DNA of 64,000 nucleotides from Sphingobacteriales bacterium. Lineage in GTDB: Bacteria; Bacteroidota; Bacteroidia; NS11-12g; UBA9320. How positions within the stretch are numbered: position 1 is the stretch's first letter; every line of letters starts with the position of its first letter. The notes beneath the pieces are model-generated. The model did not search any database and was not told where the DNA came from. It saw only the letters and a list, made by a program, of their open reading frames with translations. The stretch spans positions 1,894,315-1,958,314 of the forward strand of contig CP121331.1 in assembly GCA_043511425.1 (NCBI GenBank). The letters run 5' to 3'. This document shows positions 39,189-49,771 of the stretch, piece by piece. The translations under genes were made by a program, and so were the position numbers.

Positions 39189-40583
39189 ATGAATAATTAC
39201 GACGTAGCTATAATAGGAAGTGGACCAGGTGGATATGTATGTGCGATACGATGTGCACAGCTGGGCCTGAAAGTGGCAATCATAGAAAAGTACAACACCC
39301 TAGGAGGCACCTGTCTCAATGTTGGTTGTATCCCTAGTAAAGCTTTGCTAGATAGCTCCCATCAGTACCATGACGCAGTACATAAGTTTGCTGACCACGG
39401 TATCAATATCGGTACTCCAAAAATTGACTTCAAGCAAATGATAGCGCGTAAGCAAGGCGTGGTAGACCAAATGACCAAGGGCGTGGACTTCCTGATGAAG
39501 AAAAATAAGGTTGACGTCTATACGGGAATGGGATCTTTTGTAGATGCTACGACTATACAGATAGATGGAGCTGAAAAAGAAACAATCTCTGCTAAAAATA
39601 CGGTCATAGCTACTGGCAGTAAACCTGCTAGTTTCCCGGGAATGGAGATAGATAAAAAACGTGTAATCTCATCTACCGAAGCCCTTGAACTGAAAGAAAT
39701 ACCAAAGCACCTCATCGTAATAGGTGGAGGTGTGATAGGCTTAGAAATGAGTTCTGTATACAGCAGACTAGGCGCTGAAGTGAGTATAGTAGAATATGCT
39801 GATAGCGTAATTGCTGGTATGGATGCTAGTCTTGGTAAGGAGATGGGCCGCGTACTTAAAAAGCAAGGATTAAAACTTTATCTGGGGCATAAGGTAAGTT
39901 CTGTGACCACAAAAGGTAAAGTAGTAACAGTAAAAGCCGAAGGTAAAAAAGGTGAAATAGTACTAGAGGGAGACTACTGTCTTGTCTCTGTAGGAAGAAG
40001 ACCCTATACCGACGGACTAGCTGCTGATAAGGCTGGAGTAAAGATAGACGATAAAGGTAGAATAGAAACCAATGATCATCTGCAAACGAATGTATCCAAC
40101 ATATATGCAATAGGTGACGTGGTAAAAGGTGCCATGCTTGCACATAAAGCAGAGGAAGAAGGCGTAATGGTTGCGGAGATTCTCGCTGGCCAAAAACCAC
40201 ATATCAATTACAACCTAATTCCCGGTGTAGTGTACACTTGGCCAGAGGTCGCAGGTATAGGACAAACAGAAGAGCAGCTCAAGGCTACCGGCATAAAATA
40301 TAAGGCTGGTCAGTTCCCCTTTAGAGCAAACGGTAGAGCTGTAGCTGGCATGGATTTAGATGGTTTTGTAAAAATACTTGCAGATGCAGAAACAGACGAA
40401 GTGCTAGGTGCACATATGATAGGTGCTCGTGTGGCTGATATGATTATGGAAATAGCAGTGGCTATGGAATTCCGAGCTAGTGCAGAAGACATCGCACGTG
40501 TATGTCATGCTCATCCTACTACCAGTGAGGTGACCAAGGAAGCTGCCCTTGCAGCTACCGATAACAGAGCCTTGCATAGCTAA
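39189..40583 (+). CDS. lpdA: Dihydrolipoyl dehydrogenase
   Basis: GGTCLNVGCIPSK redox-active disulfide motif. FAD and NAD motifs. Confidence 0.85.
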   Translation: MNNYDVAIIGSGPGGYVCAIRCAQLGLKVAIIEKYNTLGGTCLNVGCIPSKALLDSSHQYHDAVHKFADHGINIGTPKIDFKQMIARKQGVVDQMTKGVDFLMKKNKVDVYTGMGSFVDATTIQIDGAEKETISAKNTVIATGSKPASFPGMEIDKKRVISSTEALELKEIPKHLIVIGGGVIGLEMSSVYSRLGAEVSIVEYADSVIAGMDASLGKEMGRVLKKQGLKLYLGHKVSSVTTKGKVVTVKAEGKKGEIVLEGDYCLVSVGRRPYTDGLAADKAGVKIDDKGRIETNDHLQTNVSNIYAIGDVVKGAMLAHKAEEEGVMVAEILAGQKPHINYNLIPGVVYTWPEVAGIGQTEEQLKATGIKYKAGQFPFRANGRAVAGMDLDGFVKILADAETDEVLGAHMIGARVADMIMEIAVAMEFRASAEDIARVCHAHPTTSEVTKEAALAATDNRALHS

Positions 40584-40604
40584 GAAAATTACAACTAACA
40601 GGTT

Positions 40605-40643
40605 AAAGCTAGTCTCCCCTTCGTGGTAGACTAGCTTTTTTTT
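40605..40643 (+). terminator. Rho-independent terminator (AGCTAGTCTCC…GGTAGACTAGCT then T8)
   Basis: Seen directly in the sequence after lpdA. Confidence 0.6.
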
Positions 40644-40724
40644 GGATGCTATAAATCTGGCAGCTACTCTAACTTATCCATCTGAGTTCGACGACTCTAT
40701 TGAGCTCATGTTACCTCTTAACCG

Positions 40725-42095
40725 TTATAGCCTAATATTTAATCCCGCTCTAAAAAGTAAATCTTTAGGCTGATTGTCATATCTCTCTAAGATAGAAACA
40801 AGACCCTTTCTGTACCCCATTTGGGTATAGATTCCTAGTCGAGAATTTATACTGTAGCCACAACCAAGTGCCAATGAAGCTCTCACCACTGTATTTGCCT
40901 GAGACTTGAGCAATTCTTCAGGATAACGAACTTCATGCCCTGTTTTATTTAGCGTATAGTAGCCCGATACACTTAGGGGTACAGATACATTAGCACCAAG
41001 CTCCCCATATATGTTTAGACGTTTTCTTTTTACCTTATACTGAATAGCCAGGGGAATATCCAAGTATTCTATCTTGGATTTACAGTCCTCACATACGGGC
41101 ATAAGAGAATAACTATTAGTAGCCGTAATATCCTGCTGAACCAAGGCTAAATTTTTACCAGAAAGAGTACTTCGATAGATTCTACTTTGAAGTGTGTATG
41201 AGGTGTCATAGGTGGTAGTAACCACCGGTCTCGAATAGTTGGTAATGCTTTCAATATAAGAATAACCTAGGCCCATTTTAAAATTCAAGTTTCGTCTCTC
41301 TAATTGGAATGACAGCCCAGCACCCCAAGTATTCGTAACTCTCTCTATAGATGCATCCTCGGCATGAATGGCATTATGAGACCCTAAAGTAGGCATTGAA
41401 TACTGTATATACGGACTTAAAAAGTATGTCCATACTCTATTTATAGTTAATGACTCGTTATTGACAGATGGTAGTTTAAAACTATAACCACTACTATCAA
41501 GTATGACGGAACTGATACTAGGCAGATATACGTCATGCCTACGGACAGAGTCTATCTTTTTTGCAACCAAATACTCGTGCTCATTCAATGGAGTGTTTGA
41601 AACACTTACAGTGTCAACAACAGGATGCTCACTACCGACGATTTCTTGTATAGCGATTGACTTCTTTTCCGGAAGACTTACTATTGGACTAGTTAAATTC
41701 GTCTTTAGTCGTTCGTTAACTTTTGTTGCTGGTTTGTTTACCATTTCATTTGGATCCTCGTTAGCCGATATCGCATCAAAATGGACAGAATCCGTCTCGT
41801 CAGTGGCCTTTACAATCTTAGGTTGTGCTGATTTTTCCTCCTTTAGAACCTTCGTTTCTGCGCTAGTAGGAGCGCTCTCCGTTCCTTCAGGTTTAGCGAT
41901 AAACGTATATGTGAGCATTCCTATCAATAATACACCAAGTATAGCAATAGCATACTTTTTAGCAAAGAACATAAATCCTCTATCCTCGGCATCTAACATT
42001 GCTTCCATTGCGCTCCAGTCTGCTTCAGAATATGGCGTAGACGGCTTTCCTATTTTACCTTTTATGTATTTGTCAATATCTTGATTCCTACTCAT
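40725..42095 (-). CDS. Membrane-anchored protein co-transcribed with an ECF sigma factor (putative anti-sigma) with a C-terminal beta-rich domain
   Basis: ATGA overlap with the sigma gene. Single TM segment at about aa 48-68. C-terminal ~200 aa show beta-barrel-like alternation. Confidence 0.4.
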   Translation of the reverse strand: MSRNQDIDKYIKGKIGKPSTPYSEADWSAMEAMLDAEDRGFMFFAKKYAIAILGVLLIGMLTYTFIAKPEGTESAPTSAETKVLKEEKSAQPKIVKATDETDSVHFDAISANEDPNEMVNKPATKVNERLKTNLTSPIVSLPEKKSIAIQEIVGSEHPVVDTVSVSNTPLNEHEYLVAKKIDSVRRHDVYLPSISSVILDSSGYSFKLPSVNNESLTINRVWTYFLSPYIQYSMPTLGSHNAIHAEDASIERVTNTWGAGLSFQLERRNLNFKMGLGYSYIESITNYSRPVVTTTYDTSYTLQSRIYRSTLSGKNLALVQQDITATNSYSLMPVCEDCKSKIEYLDIPLAIQYKVKRKRLNIYGELGANVSVPLSVSGYYTLNKTGHEVRYPEELLKSQANTVVRASLALGCGYSINSRLGIYTQMGYRKGLVSILERYDNQPKDLLFRAGLNIRL

Positions 42096-42658
42096 CTTAC
42101 TACTTCTCTTGATTTATTTTCTTTTGCTACCTGAGACTCCAACATTTTCTTCAATTCTGTTCGAGCCTGATGCAGGTGCCACCTACAAACTCCCGGAGAT
42201 ATATTTAATTTCTCTCCAATCTCTTTGTGTGAATATCCGTCGATAGCATACATATTAAATACTGCGCGCGGCACATCATTGAGTTGACTGATAAGTTCTA
42301 ACACATCCTTTTCTTGCAAATGCTGTTCACCCGTATTTCGGTCAATCTCAACTCTTGGCGCTATCTCCTCCTCTAATGTCATTGTTATAGGAATCGCACT
42401 ATTCTTTCTGTACTCATCTATGCAGGTATTTACCATAATGTTTCGCATCCAAGTGGCTAGAGCATACTCCGCATCGTACTTTTGTATATTCTTAAACACT
42501 TTATAAAAACCAGCATTGATAAGGCTGGACACTTGAGAAGAATTGGTACAGTATCGCGTTGCTATATTGTGCATCAATGGATAGTATTGCTCATATAGAT
42601 AGTTCTGTGAACGCCTATTATTTTGTATACAACCCTGTATGACTTTTTCTATATCCAT
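42092..42658 (-). CDS. RNA polymerase ECF-type sigma-70 factor
   Basis: Region 2 (YLYEQYYPLMHNIATRY) and region 4 (HKEIGEKLNISPGVCRWHLHQAR). Confidence 0.75.
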   Translation of the reverse strand: MDIEKVIQGCIQNNRRSQNYLYEQYYPLMHNIATRYCTNSSQVSSLINAGFYKVFKNIQKYDAEYALATWMRNIMVNTCIDEYRKNSAIPITMTLEEEIAPRVEIDRNTGEQHLQEKDVLELISQLNDVPRAVFNMYAIDGYSHKEIGEKLNISPGVCRWHLHQARTELKKMLESQVAKENKSREVVR

Positions 42659-42716
42659 GCTAAATGGTGGAGTCTACAAAAGACCCCACCTTTTAAAACT
42701 CTAGTATAAATTTAAC

Positions 42717-44672
42717 CTACTTAGTTAGGACCACTTTTTTAGTAACTGACCCAAAACTAGACCTTACTACTAGAAAATAAACCCCCGATGTATTTTCTCT
42801 CAAGTCGAAACTTACTGATTGTTCACCTTGAGTAAGGTCTTTTGTAGATTTCTGAACTACCACCCCTAAATGATTTATAATTTCAAAATGATATTTATCA
42901 GCACGATCCACAGCCAATTGCACATTCAAGTGACCCGAGGTCGGATTTGGAAATGCTTGCATGTCACCCATCTTAGCGAGTTCATCTACCCCCGCAGTTA
43001 GTTGAATAACATTAAGTCTGAAACCATCTTTTTTCAATACATCCCCATTTTCATTCATACCGATAGAATCACAGTAGGTATCTGTACATCCAAAATTATC
43101 CGAAATACTTAAACATAACTCATATTTTTTGTACTCAGCATAGTCGTGCGAAAGAGTAGCTCCTGTGGCAGAACTGCCATCACCAAAATCCCAGGTATAT
43201 GATGTAATGTAACCCTCAGTGGTACTATTCTCTACCACGAAAAGTTCAAAGGCAATGTTTGTATCTACGGCCATGTAGAATGACGCCTGACAGTTATAAA
43301 AAACTGGGATTTCTACTGATTGACATATGGAATCACATATAACACCTTCCGAAGTCAATGTGTACAGGCAGATATTGAAAGTCCCACTATCTGAATACGA
43401 GTAGGTAATTGATTCTCCGAATGAAGTATCTATTGCTCCTTCCCCAAAGGACCACAGTCTCATTACTCCAGAATCTACATCTGTAGAGTCATAAACCGTA
43501 ACCGTTTTGCCTTCTTGCGTGTATGAAAAACTAGGAGTAGGACAATCTGGCTCTATAGAAGGACAACCAATAATTGGTGACGTAAGGAAATTAGAATAGT
43601 CCACTTGTCCAAAAACATTAATATTGTCTTTGTAATCTTCAATAAAACTATCCATTACGGCAGTATCAGTAGTACCCCAATAGTTATTTTGTAAATTTAC
43701 GAGGTCGTAAGTACTTGGGCTGCTGTTGAACCCCGAAATTTTTACTTTATTATCTGACCCTTCAAAATTATTGTTCTCAATGAGATAAGGAATACAATTA
43801 CTAAATGTACCAGAATAGCTTAAATGAAGACTTGTATGACCTGAGTCTATTTTATTTCCAGTAAACTCCACATAATCTGACCCACTTGATTCTTGTAATG
43901 AGAACTTAACTTCACCACTATTCTCAAACCTATTACATCTAAGTACCTTACGCTTGGAGGCAGTTGAACCCATTTGAATGGCATTCAGTTCTTTAAACGT
44001 TGTGTTTTCAATGTTTAAGTCTCCGTTTAGATATAAGGTTCTACCATATCCAACTATACTATTGGTAATCGACACGTCTGCATTAGTGCCTACTATATAT
44101 AATACAGACCCTTGGTTTATAGAACCCTTGATACCGTAAATTTCACAACTATCTATAGTCAAATGGCCTAAGACACCAAACTTAGATTGATAAAAAATAC
44201 CATAGTAGCCGCTATCTATTTTAGAATTTTTAATAGAAAAGTCAATGCCCCCATTTAAATAGAACACTCTATTTGCGACTCCAGTTCCTTTTATATCTGC
44301 AAATTGGATAGCAACTTCTTTACCAACTGATCGATGATAATATGCACTTTTTAAAGAATACGCCAACTGAAGTCCTGAAATTTTTACTAGAGAATCTCTA
44401 CTCCCTTGAACGTTTAATGCTCCATCAATAATTAATTGACGATAAGAACCTGAACCGATAAGCTCAGCACCTGGCATCATAGTAACTGTAACTCCAGAAT
44501 CTATATATGTGTTCTGATTAATCAGGTATGGGCTGCTGGCTGCTGTCCACGTTTGATCACTGGTAATGAGTGCTGGAACTGTAGTTTGAGCAGAGAGAAA
44601 CAAAGTGGTAAAAGTCAAAGCCAATGACAGGGTAAATGTTTTTAAATTCATAATTGATTGTTTTGTACTCAC
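42717..44672 (-). CDS. T9SS cargo protein with beta-helix/PKD-like domains
   Basis: C-terminal FPNPTSGHLNV…GVYFLVV sorting domain. PKD-like WDFGDGS motif. Confidence 0.6.
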   Translation of the reverse strand: MSTKQSIMNLKTFTLSLALTFTTLFLSAQTTVPALITSDQTWTAASSPYLINQNTYIDSGVTVTMMPGAELIGSGSYRQLIIDGALNVQGSRDSLVKISGLQLAYSLKSAYYHRSVGKEVAIQFADIKGTGVANRVFYLNGGIDFSIKNSKIDSGYYGIFYQSKFGVLGHLTIDSCEIYGIKGSINQGSVLYIVGTNADVSITNSIVGYGRTLYLNGDLNIENTTFKELNAIQMGSTASKRKVLRCNRFENSGEVKFSLQESSGSDYVEFTGNKIDSGHTSLHLSYSGTFSNCIPYLIENNNFEGSDNKVKISGFNSSPSTYDLVNLQNNYWGTTDTAVMDSFIEDYKDNINVFGQVDYSNFLTSPIIGCPSIEPDCPTPSFSYTQEGKTVTVYDSTDVDSGVMRLWSFGEGAIDTSFGESITYSYSDSGTFNICLYTLTSEGVICDSICQSVEIPVFYNCQASFYMAVDTNIAFELFVVENSTTEGYITSYTWDFGDGSSATGATLSHDYAEYKKYELCLSISDNFGCTDTYCDSIGMNENGDVLKKDGFRLNVIQLTAGVDELAKMGDMQAFPNPTSGHLNVQLAVDRADKYHFEIINHLGVVVQKSTKDLTQGEQSVSFDLRENTSGVYFLVVRSSFGSVTKKVVLTK

Positions 44673-44988
44673 ATATACGTGCCTGTACTGTATGATGTTA
44701 GTATCAAATGTATAAAACTAAAAATGATTTGGTACAAATAATCATAAGTGACTCACTAACCGTAATTTATAAGCAGTTTAAAACACTACTATAATTTTTT
44801 GCACGCTTACGCTATGCAGCTTTCAACTCTTCATTGATTACGAGTCTTAGTGATTTATCATTCTCTAAAACATCCAAGACTCCCCGTAGCAAGTCTTTTT
44901 TCTGTCTACCTTTTGCCAGCCTATAGCCTTAGTCATACTAAAAGAGACTACCTTCACGTTAGTTATTCTCAAAAACTCAAGCCGCGAT

Positions 44989-46422
44989 ATGAAAAAACTT
45001 ACATCTTCCCTAATACTTAGCTTATTCCTGTTTCAAGCGTGTACACAAACATCCAAGAGCACAACAGTAGAAAATAGTGACCATGAAGTAGAAACTATAA
45101 CAGTGTCTGAAGACGGCACTAGCGTAAAAGTCCCAAAGACGGCTGTAGCAAAAACCATTGCTAAGCCACTGCCAAACATTGCCCCCAAGCCTACAACCTA
45201 TCGCATATCCCCATCTAAGGAAAATAAGATGATCACAGAGCAGGGTAGTACTATTACCATACCAAAAGATGCTTTTGTAGATCAAAATGGAAATCCCGTG
45301 AGAGGAGAAGTCGAAATTGCCTTTCAAGAGTACCATACCGCTAGTGATGTAATACTAAGTGGCATACCCATGCACGTAATCACAGAGGACGGAAGTCTTG
45401 AGGCTTTTGAAACGGCAGGGATGTTTGACATCGAAGGTAAAGATGCCCGTGGAAACGAGCTACGTATCGCAAACAATAAAACTATAAGAGTAGACCTTGC
45501 TACTTTCAAAGAAGAGGAAGATTATAATTTCTACTCCTATGACAAGAATAACGGTCTGTGGAAAGAAGAATACCAAAATACTCCTGTAGCCAGTAATAGT
45601 GCTCGTCTGCAACTAAGCGAAGAGCTATCATTCTTTCCTACTCCAGAAAAACCATTGGAAATAAAACGCGCTACAAGCAATGATTTTGTATTTGAGCTTG
45701 CAGTAGACAAGACAAGCAACCCTGAGTTTCATCATTTTGACAATGTGCTCTGGAAGCTTACCGATAATACAATAGAAGATGCTCAACTATTCAAGCAAAC
45801 GATAAGAGACCCTAACCTTACCTGCATAGACAGAGACAACTCTGTTTTTCAGCTGACGGGGAGTGCACGTGGTAGAAAAGTACAAACTAAGGTACAACCC
45901 GTACTCTTTGGTAGCAACTGGAAAAAAGCACAATCTGCTTTCAATAAAAAATTAAATGCATACAAAAAAAACGTAGCCGATAAAGAGGTTATTGTAGAAC
46001 GCCAAAACAAAATGGCTAAACTACAGCGTTCACTCACTGTTAGCTCATTTGGCATATACAACTGCGATAGATACTTACGTATGCCAGGTCGAAAAAAGAT
46101 TAGTTTCAAAGCCATTCTTATGCTCCCGGCGCTGCAAAAAATGGTGCAACAAGCCTACTTAATTATTAAGAAGAAAGGTAAAAACGAAGCTGTTCCAGTA
46201 TATGGAGGTGGCAATGGCTATTTCATGTATGCTCCGCATGAGGACAACACACTCATCACCTTTGATGATGATGGCAATATATTTGAGTATAGCAATAATG
46301 AGTTCAAGAAGCTCACGGGTAAAAGACCGAGAGCAGATTCAGAATACACGTTAAACCTGCAGCCTACGACTTATAAAATAACTGCCGAGCGAGATGTACA
46401 AGCCTACCTAGATCAACTCTAG
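44989..46422 (+). CDS. Lipoprotein, hypothetical
   Basis: Lipobox LFQAC. 477 aa. Confidence 0.5.
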   Translation: MKKLTSSLILSLFLFQACTQTSKSTTVENSDHEVETITVSEDGTSVKVPKTAVAKTIAKPLPNIAPKPTTYRISPSKENKMITEQGSTITIPKDAFVDQNGNPVRGEVEIAFQEYHTASDVILSGIPMHVITEDGSLEAFETAGMFDIEGKDARGNELRIANNKTIRVDLATFKEEEDYNFYSYDKNNGLWKEEYQNTPVASNSARLQLSEELSFFPTPEKPLEIKRATSNDFVFELAVDKTSNPEFHHFDNVLWKLTDNTIEDAQLFKQTIRDPNLTCIDRDNSVFQLTGSARGRKVQTKVQPVLFGSNWKKAQSAFNKKLNAYKKNVADKEVIVERQNKMAKLQRSLTVSSFGIYNCDRYLRMPGRKKISFKAILMLPALQKMVQQAYLIIKKKGKNEAVPVYGGGNGYFMYAPHEDNTLITFDDDGNIFEYSNNEFKKLTGKRPRADSEYTLNLQPTTYKITAERDVQAYLDQL

Positions 46423-46432
46423 CACGTGTCAT

Positions 46433-49400
46433 TTGATAAAGAAACTGCTTCTCATAGCTGGTATTTTCTGTTGTGGCCTAGCCCATAGCCAATCTACTAT
46501 CGACCTATTGCCTACCAAACAAAATGGTAAATGGGGATACATAGACAAGGCTAAAAATTGGGTAATATCGCCTCAGTATGACTATTGTCTTCCTTTTGCT
46601 GATCGCGATTTTACTTGGGTAAAAAAAGGAGAACAAAGTCTGCTCATAAATAAAAATGGTGCAACCCAAAACTCGCTTCCATTCCACTCGATATCAGACA
46701 TATTTGGAGATATCATCATCTATAGAGAGCAAAACCAATTAGGCTGGTATGATAAGGGGAATGCCGCTGTCGTGGCTGCCCAGTACACCAACTTGCAATA
46801 CTTACCTACTAGTAATCATTTTATGACAAATGACACGCAGTTTTACACGGTGGTAGATATTCGCAACCAACCGGTAATTCTAAGAGATAGTATTACCCAT
46901 GTGAGAGTAGATGATTTTTATTTTATAACCAGCCATAAAAAAACAGGCGTATACACTTTCGAAGGGGAACGCATCATACCTGAAGAGTATGCACATATAC
47001 AGCGCCATCCAGACCATTTCATCGCCCAAGATTTTAAAGGCATAAAACACATCTACACCTCTGAAGGCACACTTATTTACTCGGGATTTTTCAAGGAGAT
47101 AACGCCCATTTATGGCCCTTACTTTCAATGTGCTAGCGAAGACAAATTCTACTTGCTAGAAGCCTCATCGGGCCAGCTACTAGATAGCACATCCGGTCGG
47201 TACAGCACTTTCAGTACAGGAATAATCGACATTAAAAATGAAAAAGGACGTGGTCTGTATAATGTCAATTTAAAAAAGAGAATCATCGAACCCAGCTTTG
47301 TAAACGTATTTAATCAAGTTGGTTCATCGTATATCATCACGTATGACGGCTCTACCTTTGGACTGATAGATAGTGCTGGTAACGCTCCAAACGACAAGCG
47401 ATACCTCACCATAGGCCCATACCGAAGTAATGTGTGTATCGTTCGGGAACCGGGACGGTATGGACTCATCGGTACGCGGGCTCAGGAACTTCTTCCTGCA
47501 AATTATTCATTCTTATCTGTAGGAGACGATGGTGTTATAAAAGGGAAAAGAGACTCCATTTTTTTTCTTTACGAATTTGACAGTCAAGGCCGAATGATTG
47601 ACTCTATGCAATTTAATCGCACTGGAACCCTAACACTTAGAGGCCGTGTAAGCATGAGCATCGTAAATGGTACGAGTAGTAATTCATCGCAAATAAGTCA
47701 ATACTGGTTTCTAGACTCTGATGGGAAGTGGGGACTGCGCGATCCTACAGGCAGAATTGTGGTAAAACCCATCTACGACGAAGTACAAAAACTTCGAAAT
47801 ACCAACTTAGTTTTAGGCAAAGTGTTCGCCTCACAATCCGCTCGTCTCACTCGCCGTATGAGTATTTTAAGCTCCACTACCTATGGCGTAGTAGATGAAC
47901 GCAACTTTAGACCTGTAGTACTCTCAGGGATAATGTATATAGACACGAGTACCTTAGCGGATGATAACGTAGAGGTAATGAGAATACTAATGGGCGGAGG
48001 TTTTTTCAGCACCATTAATAAGCGAAGCGGGAGAATACTGCGGTATGAGACTAAATATATAAGTAGGTTTGTAAATGGACATGCCCGAATTTTTATGGGA
48101 ACTAAACTAGTTCTTTCTACGTCGAGTAAAATCACCTCTATCAGCGATATTACTACTTACCTCAATGAGTTTAGTTTTACATCACGTGGGGCTCCACTAA
48201 ACACACAAGCACTTAATCTTGCTGGGTTTGGGTATTGGGCTTATTTAGGCCCAGACGGCAAGTATATCGACTCGCCCAAGACATTTGAAAAACGAGAAAT
48301 AACAGCTGCCTCCGATTTTAAAAACGGTAGAGCCATTGTGGTAGACAAAAATGGCTACTACGGAATGATAAATACAACCGGAGATTACGTACTACTGCCT
48401 ACTTATAAGGAGATATCATTTTTACCTAACACAAATGATTCTCTTCTAAAAACTGTGTCGGCGATGCAACGTTATGGCTATGTGGCAGAAGACGGCCGCG
48501 TTATAGCCCCAGTGCAATATACTAAGGCTTTGCCCTTTGAGAGTGACGCCACCTGGGCCTTTACAGATCGCAGCACTAGTCTAGTAAGATCAGATGGCAC
48601 CCAAGATACCTTTCATGGGAAGCTAAATGTATCGCCTTTTTACAATGGTTATGGTGGCATAGCGGAAGAGCGAAAACTAGCCATAATAACAGCGGATGGT
48701 GAAGTCACATCTTCGTATATTTATTCGAGACTTGGCAAATATGCAGAAGACCTCCAACCGGCTAAAAAAAGAAGAGTATTTGGCTATCTAGATGAGAATG
48801 GAGAATGGGCCATTGAGCCTCAATTTTATAGTGCTGGCCCGTTTGTGAATGGTGTAGCCGCTGTGCAATATAAACCGATGTACAGCACACAAAAATTTTA
48901 TGGCTACATAGACAAAAATGGAGATTTTCTGCAGAAGGGAAAACTTACCCGAGCAGAGGACATAAATAGCAACGGTTATGCTCTAGTAAAAAAAGGAAAT
49001 TTGAAAGGCGTGGTAAATCATGAAGGTAAACTCATTATTAAACCAAAGTATACCAAAGTGTACTATGGTGAAGGATTCTTCACGACGTATCACAATAGTA
49101 CAATTACACTTTACAGTGGGGAAGGTGAAAAGATAAAACGCATACGTGGCTCTATTGTAAATAGCGGGGTAAGTGATGGCAAGCAAGTGGTAAAAAGGCT
49201 AAGGAGAATCGGTGCTATCGACACAACCGGCAAGAAAGTGGTGGACTATAAGTATTTTAACCTTGCTCCTTTTGAAGATGGAATAAGCATAAATCAGAAA
49301 CGTAGAACAGTGTATATCCTACACCAAAGCGGTGACACTATAGCACAAACGGTAGGCAGAGCGAAGGGTGGTTTCCACTCCAAGTATGCCCTCATTCGCA

Positions 49401-49768
49401 ACGGCAGGAACATGTTTTTTATCAATCATAGTGGAAAGAATGCATTCAATCTCATTTTTGAAGATGCTGAACCTTTTGAAAACAGACTAGCTCGCGTAAA
49501 ACTAAATGGCAAATGGGGAATGATCGACGCCCAAGGGTTTTACAGAATACAACCTCAGTACGACTTTGTGAGGCCACCTACCCGTGGAGTATCTATAGTG
49601 GGGCTTAATGAAACCGCTGGCATATGTGATCTAAATGCAAACTACATAGTAGCACCTAGGTGCAACGCAGTAACCTACCTACTCAACGAAGGGGTTTATC
49701 AATACACGCTAAAAAACGAGTTTGGCTATATGGACACAAGTGGGCAGCTTATTTGGGAGGTGAGATAA
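46433..49768 (+). CDS. WG-repeat-containing large secreted protein
   Basis: Many (K)WG(Y/L/M)ID…G…(V/I)xP.YD units. TTG start. Confidence 0.6.
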   Translation: MIKKLLLIAGIFCCGLAHSQSTIDLLPTKQNGKWGYIDKAKNWVISPQYDYCLPFADRDFTWVKKGEQSLLINKNGATQNSLPFHSISDIFGDIIIYREQNQLGWYDKGNAAVVAAQYTNLQYLPTSNHFMTNDTQFYTVVDIRNQPVILRDSITHVRVDDFYFITSHKKTGVYTFEGERIIPEEYAHIQRHPDHFIAQDFKGIKHIYTSEGTLIYSGFFKEITPIYGPYFQCASEDKFYLLEASSGQLLDSTSGRYSTFSTGIIDIKNEKGRGLYNVNLKKRIIEPSFVNVFNQVGSSYIITYDGSTFGLIDSAGNAPNDKRYLTIGPYRSNVCIVREPGRYGLIGTRAQELLPANYSFLSVGDDGVIKGKRDSIFFLYEFDSQGRMIDSMQFNRTGTLTLRGRVSMSIVNGTSSNSSQISQYWFLDSDGKWGLRDPTGRIVVKPIYDEVQKLRNTNLVLGKVFASQSARLTRRMSILSSTTYGVVDERNFRPVVLSGIMYIDTSTLADDNVEVMRILMGGGFFSTINKRSGRILRYETKYISRFVNGHARIFMGTKLVLSTSSKITSISDITTYLNEFSFTSRGAPLNTQALNLAGFGYWAYLGPDGKYIDSPKTFEKREITAASDFKNGRAIVVDKNGYYGMINTTGDYVLLPTYKEISFLPNTNDSLLKTVSAMQRYGYVAEDGRVIAPVQYTKALPFESDATWAFTDRSTSLVRSDGTQDTFHGKLNVSPFYNGYGGIAEERKLAIITADGEVTSSYIYSRLGKYAEDLQPAKKRRVFGYLDENGEWAIEPQFYSAGPFVNGVAAVQYKPMYSTQKFYGYIDKNGDFLQKGKLTRAEDINSNGYALVKKGNLKGVVNHEGKLIIKPKYTKVYYGEGFFTTYHNSTITLYSGEGEKIKRIRGSIVNSGVSDGKQVVKRLRRIGAIDTTGKKVVDYKYFNLAPFEDGISINQKRRTVYILHQSGDTIAQTVGRAKGGFHSKYALIRNGRNMFFINHSGKNAFNLIFEDAEPFENRLARVKLNGKWGMIDAQGFYRIQPQYDFVRPPTRGVSIVGLNETAGICDLNANYIVAPRCNAVTYLLNEGVYQYTLKNEFGYMDTSGQLIWEVR

Positions 49769-49771
49769 TTC

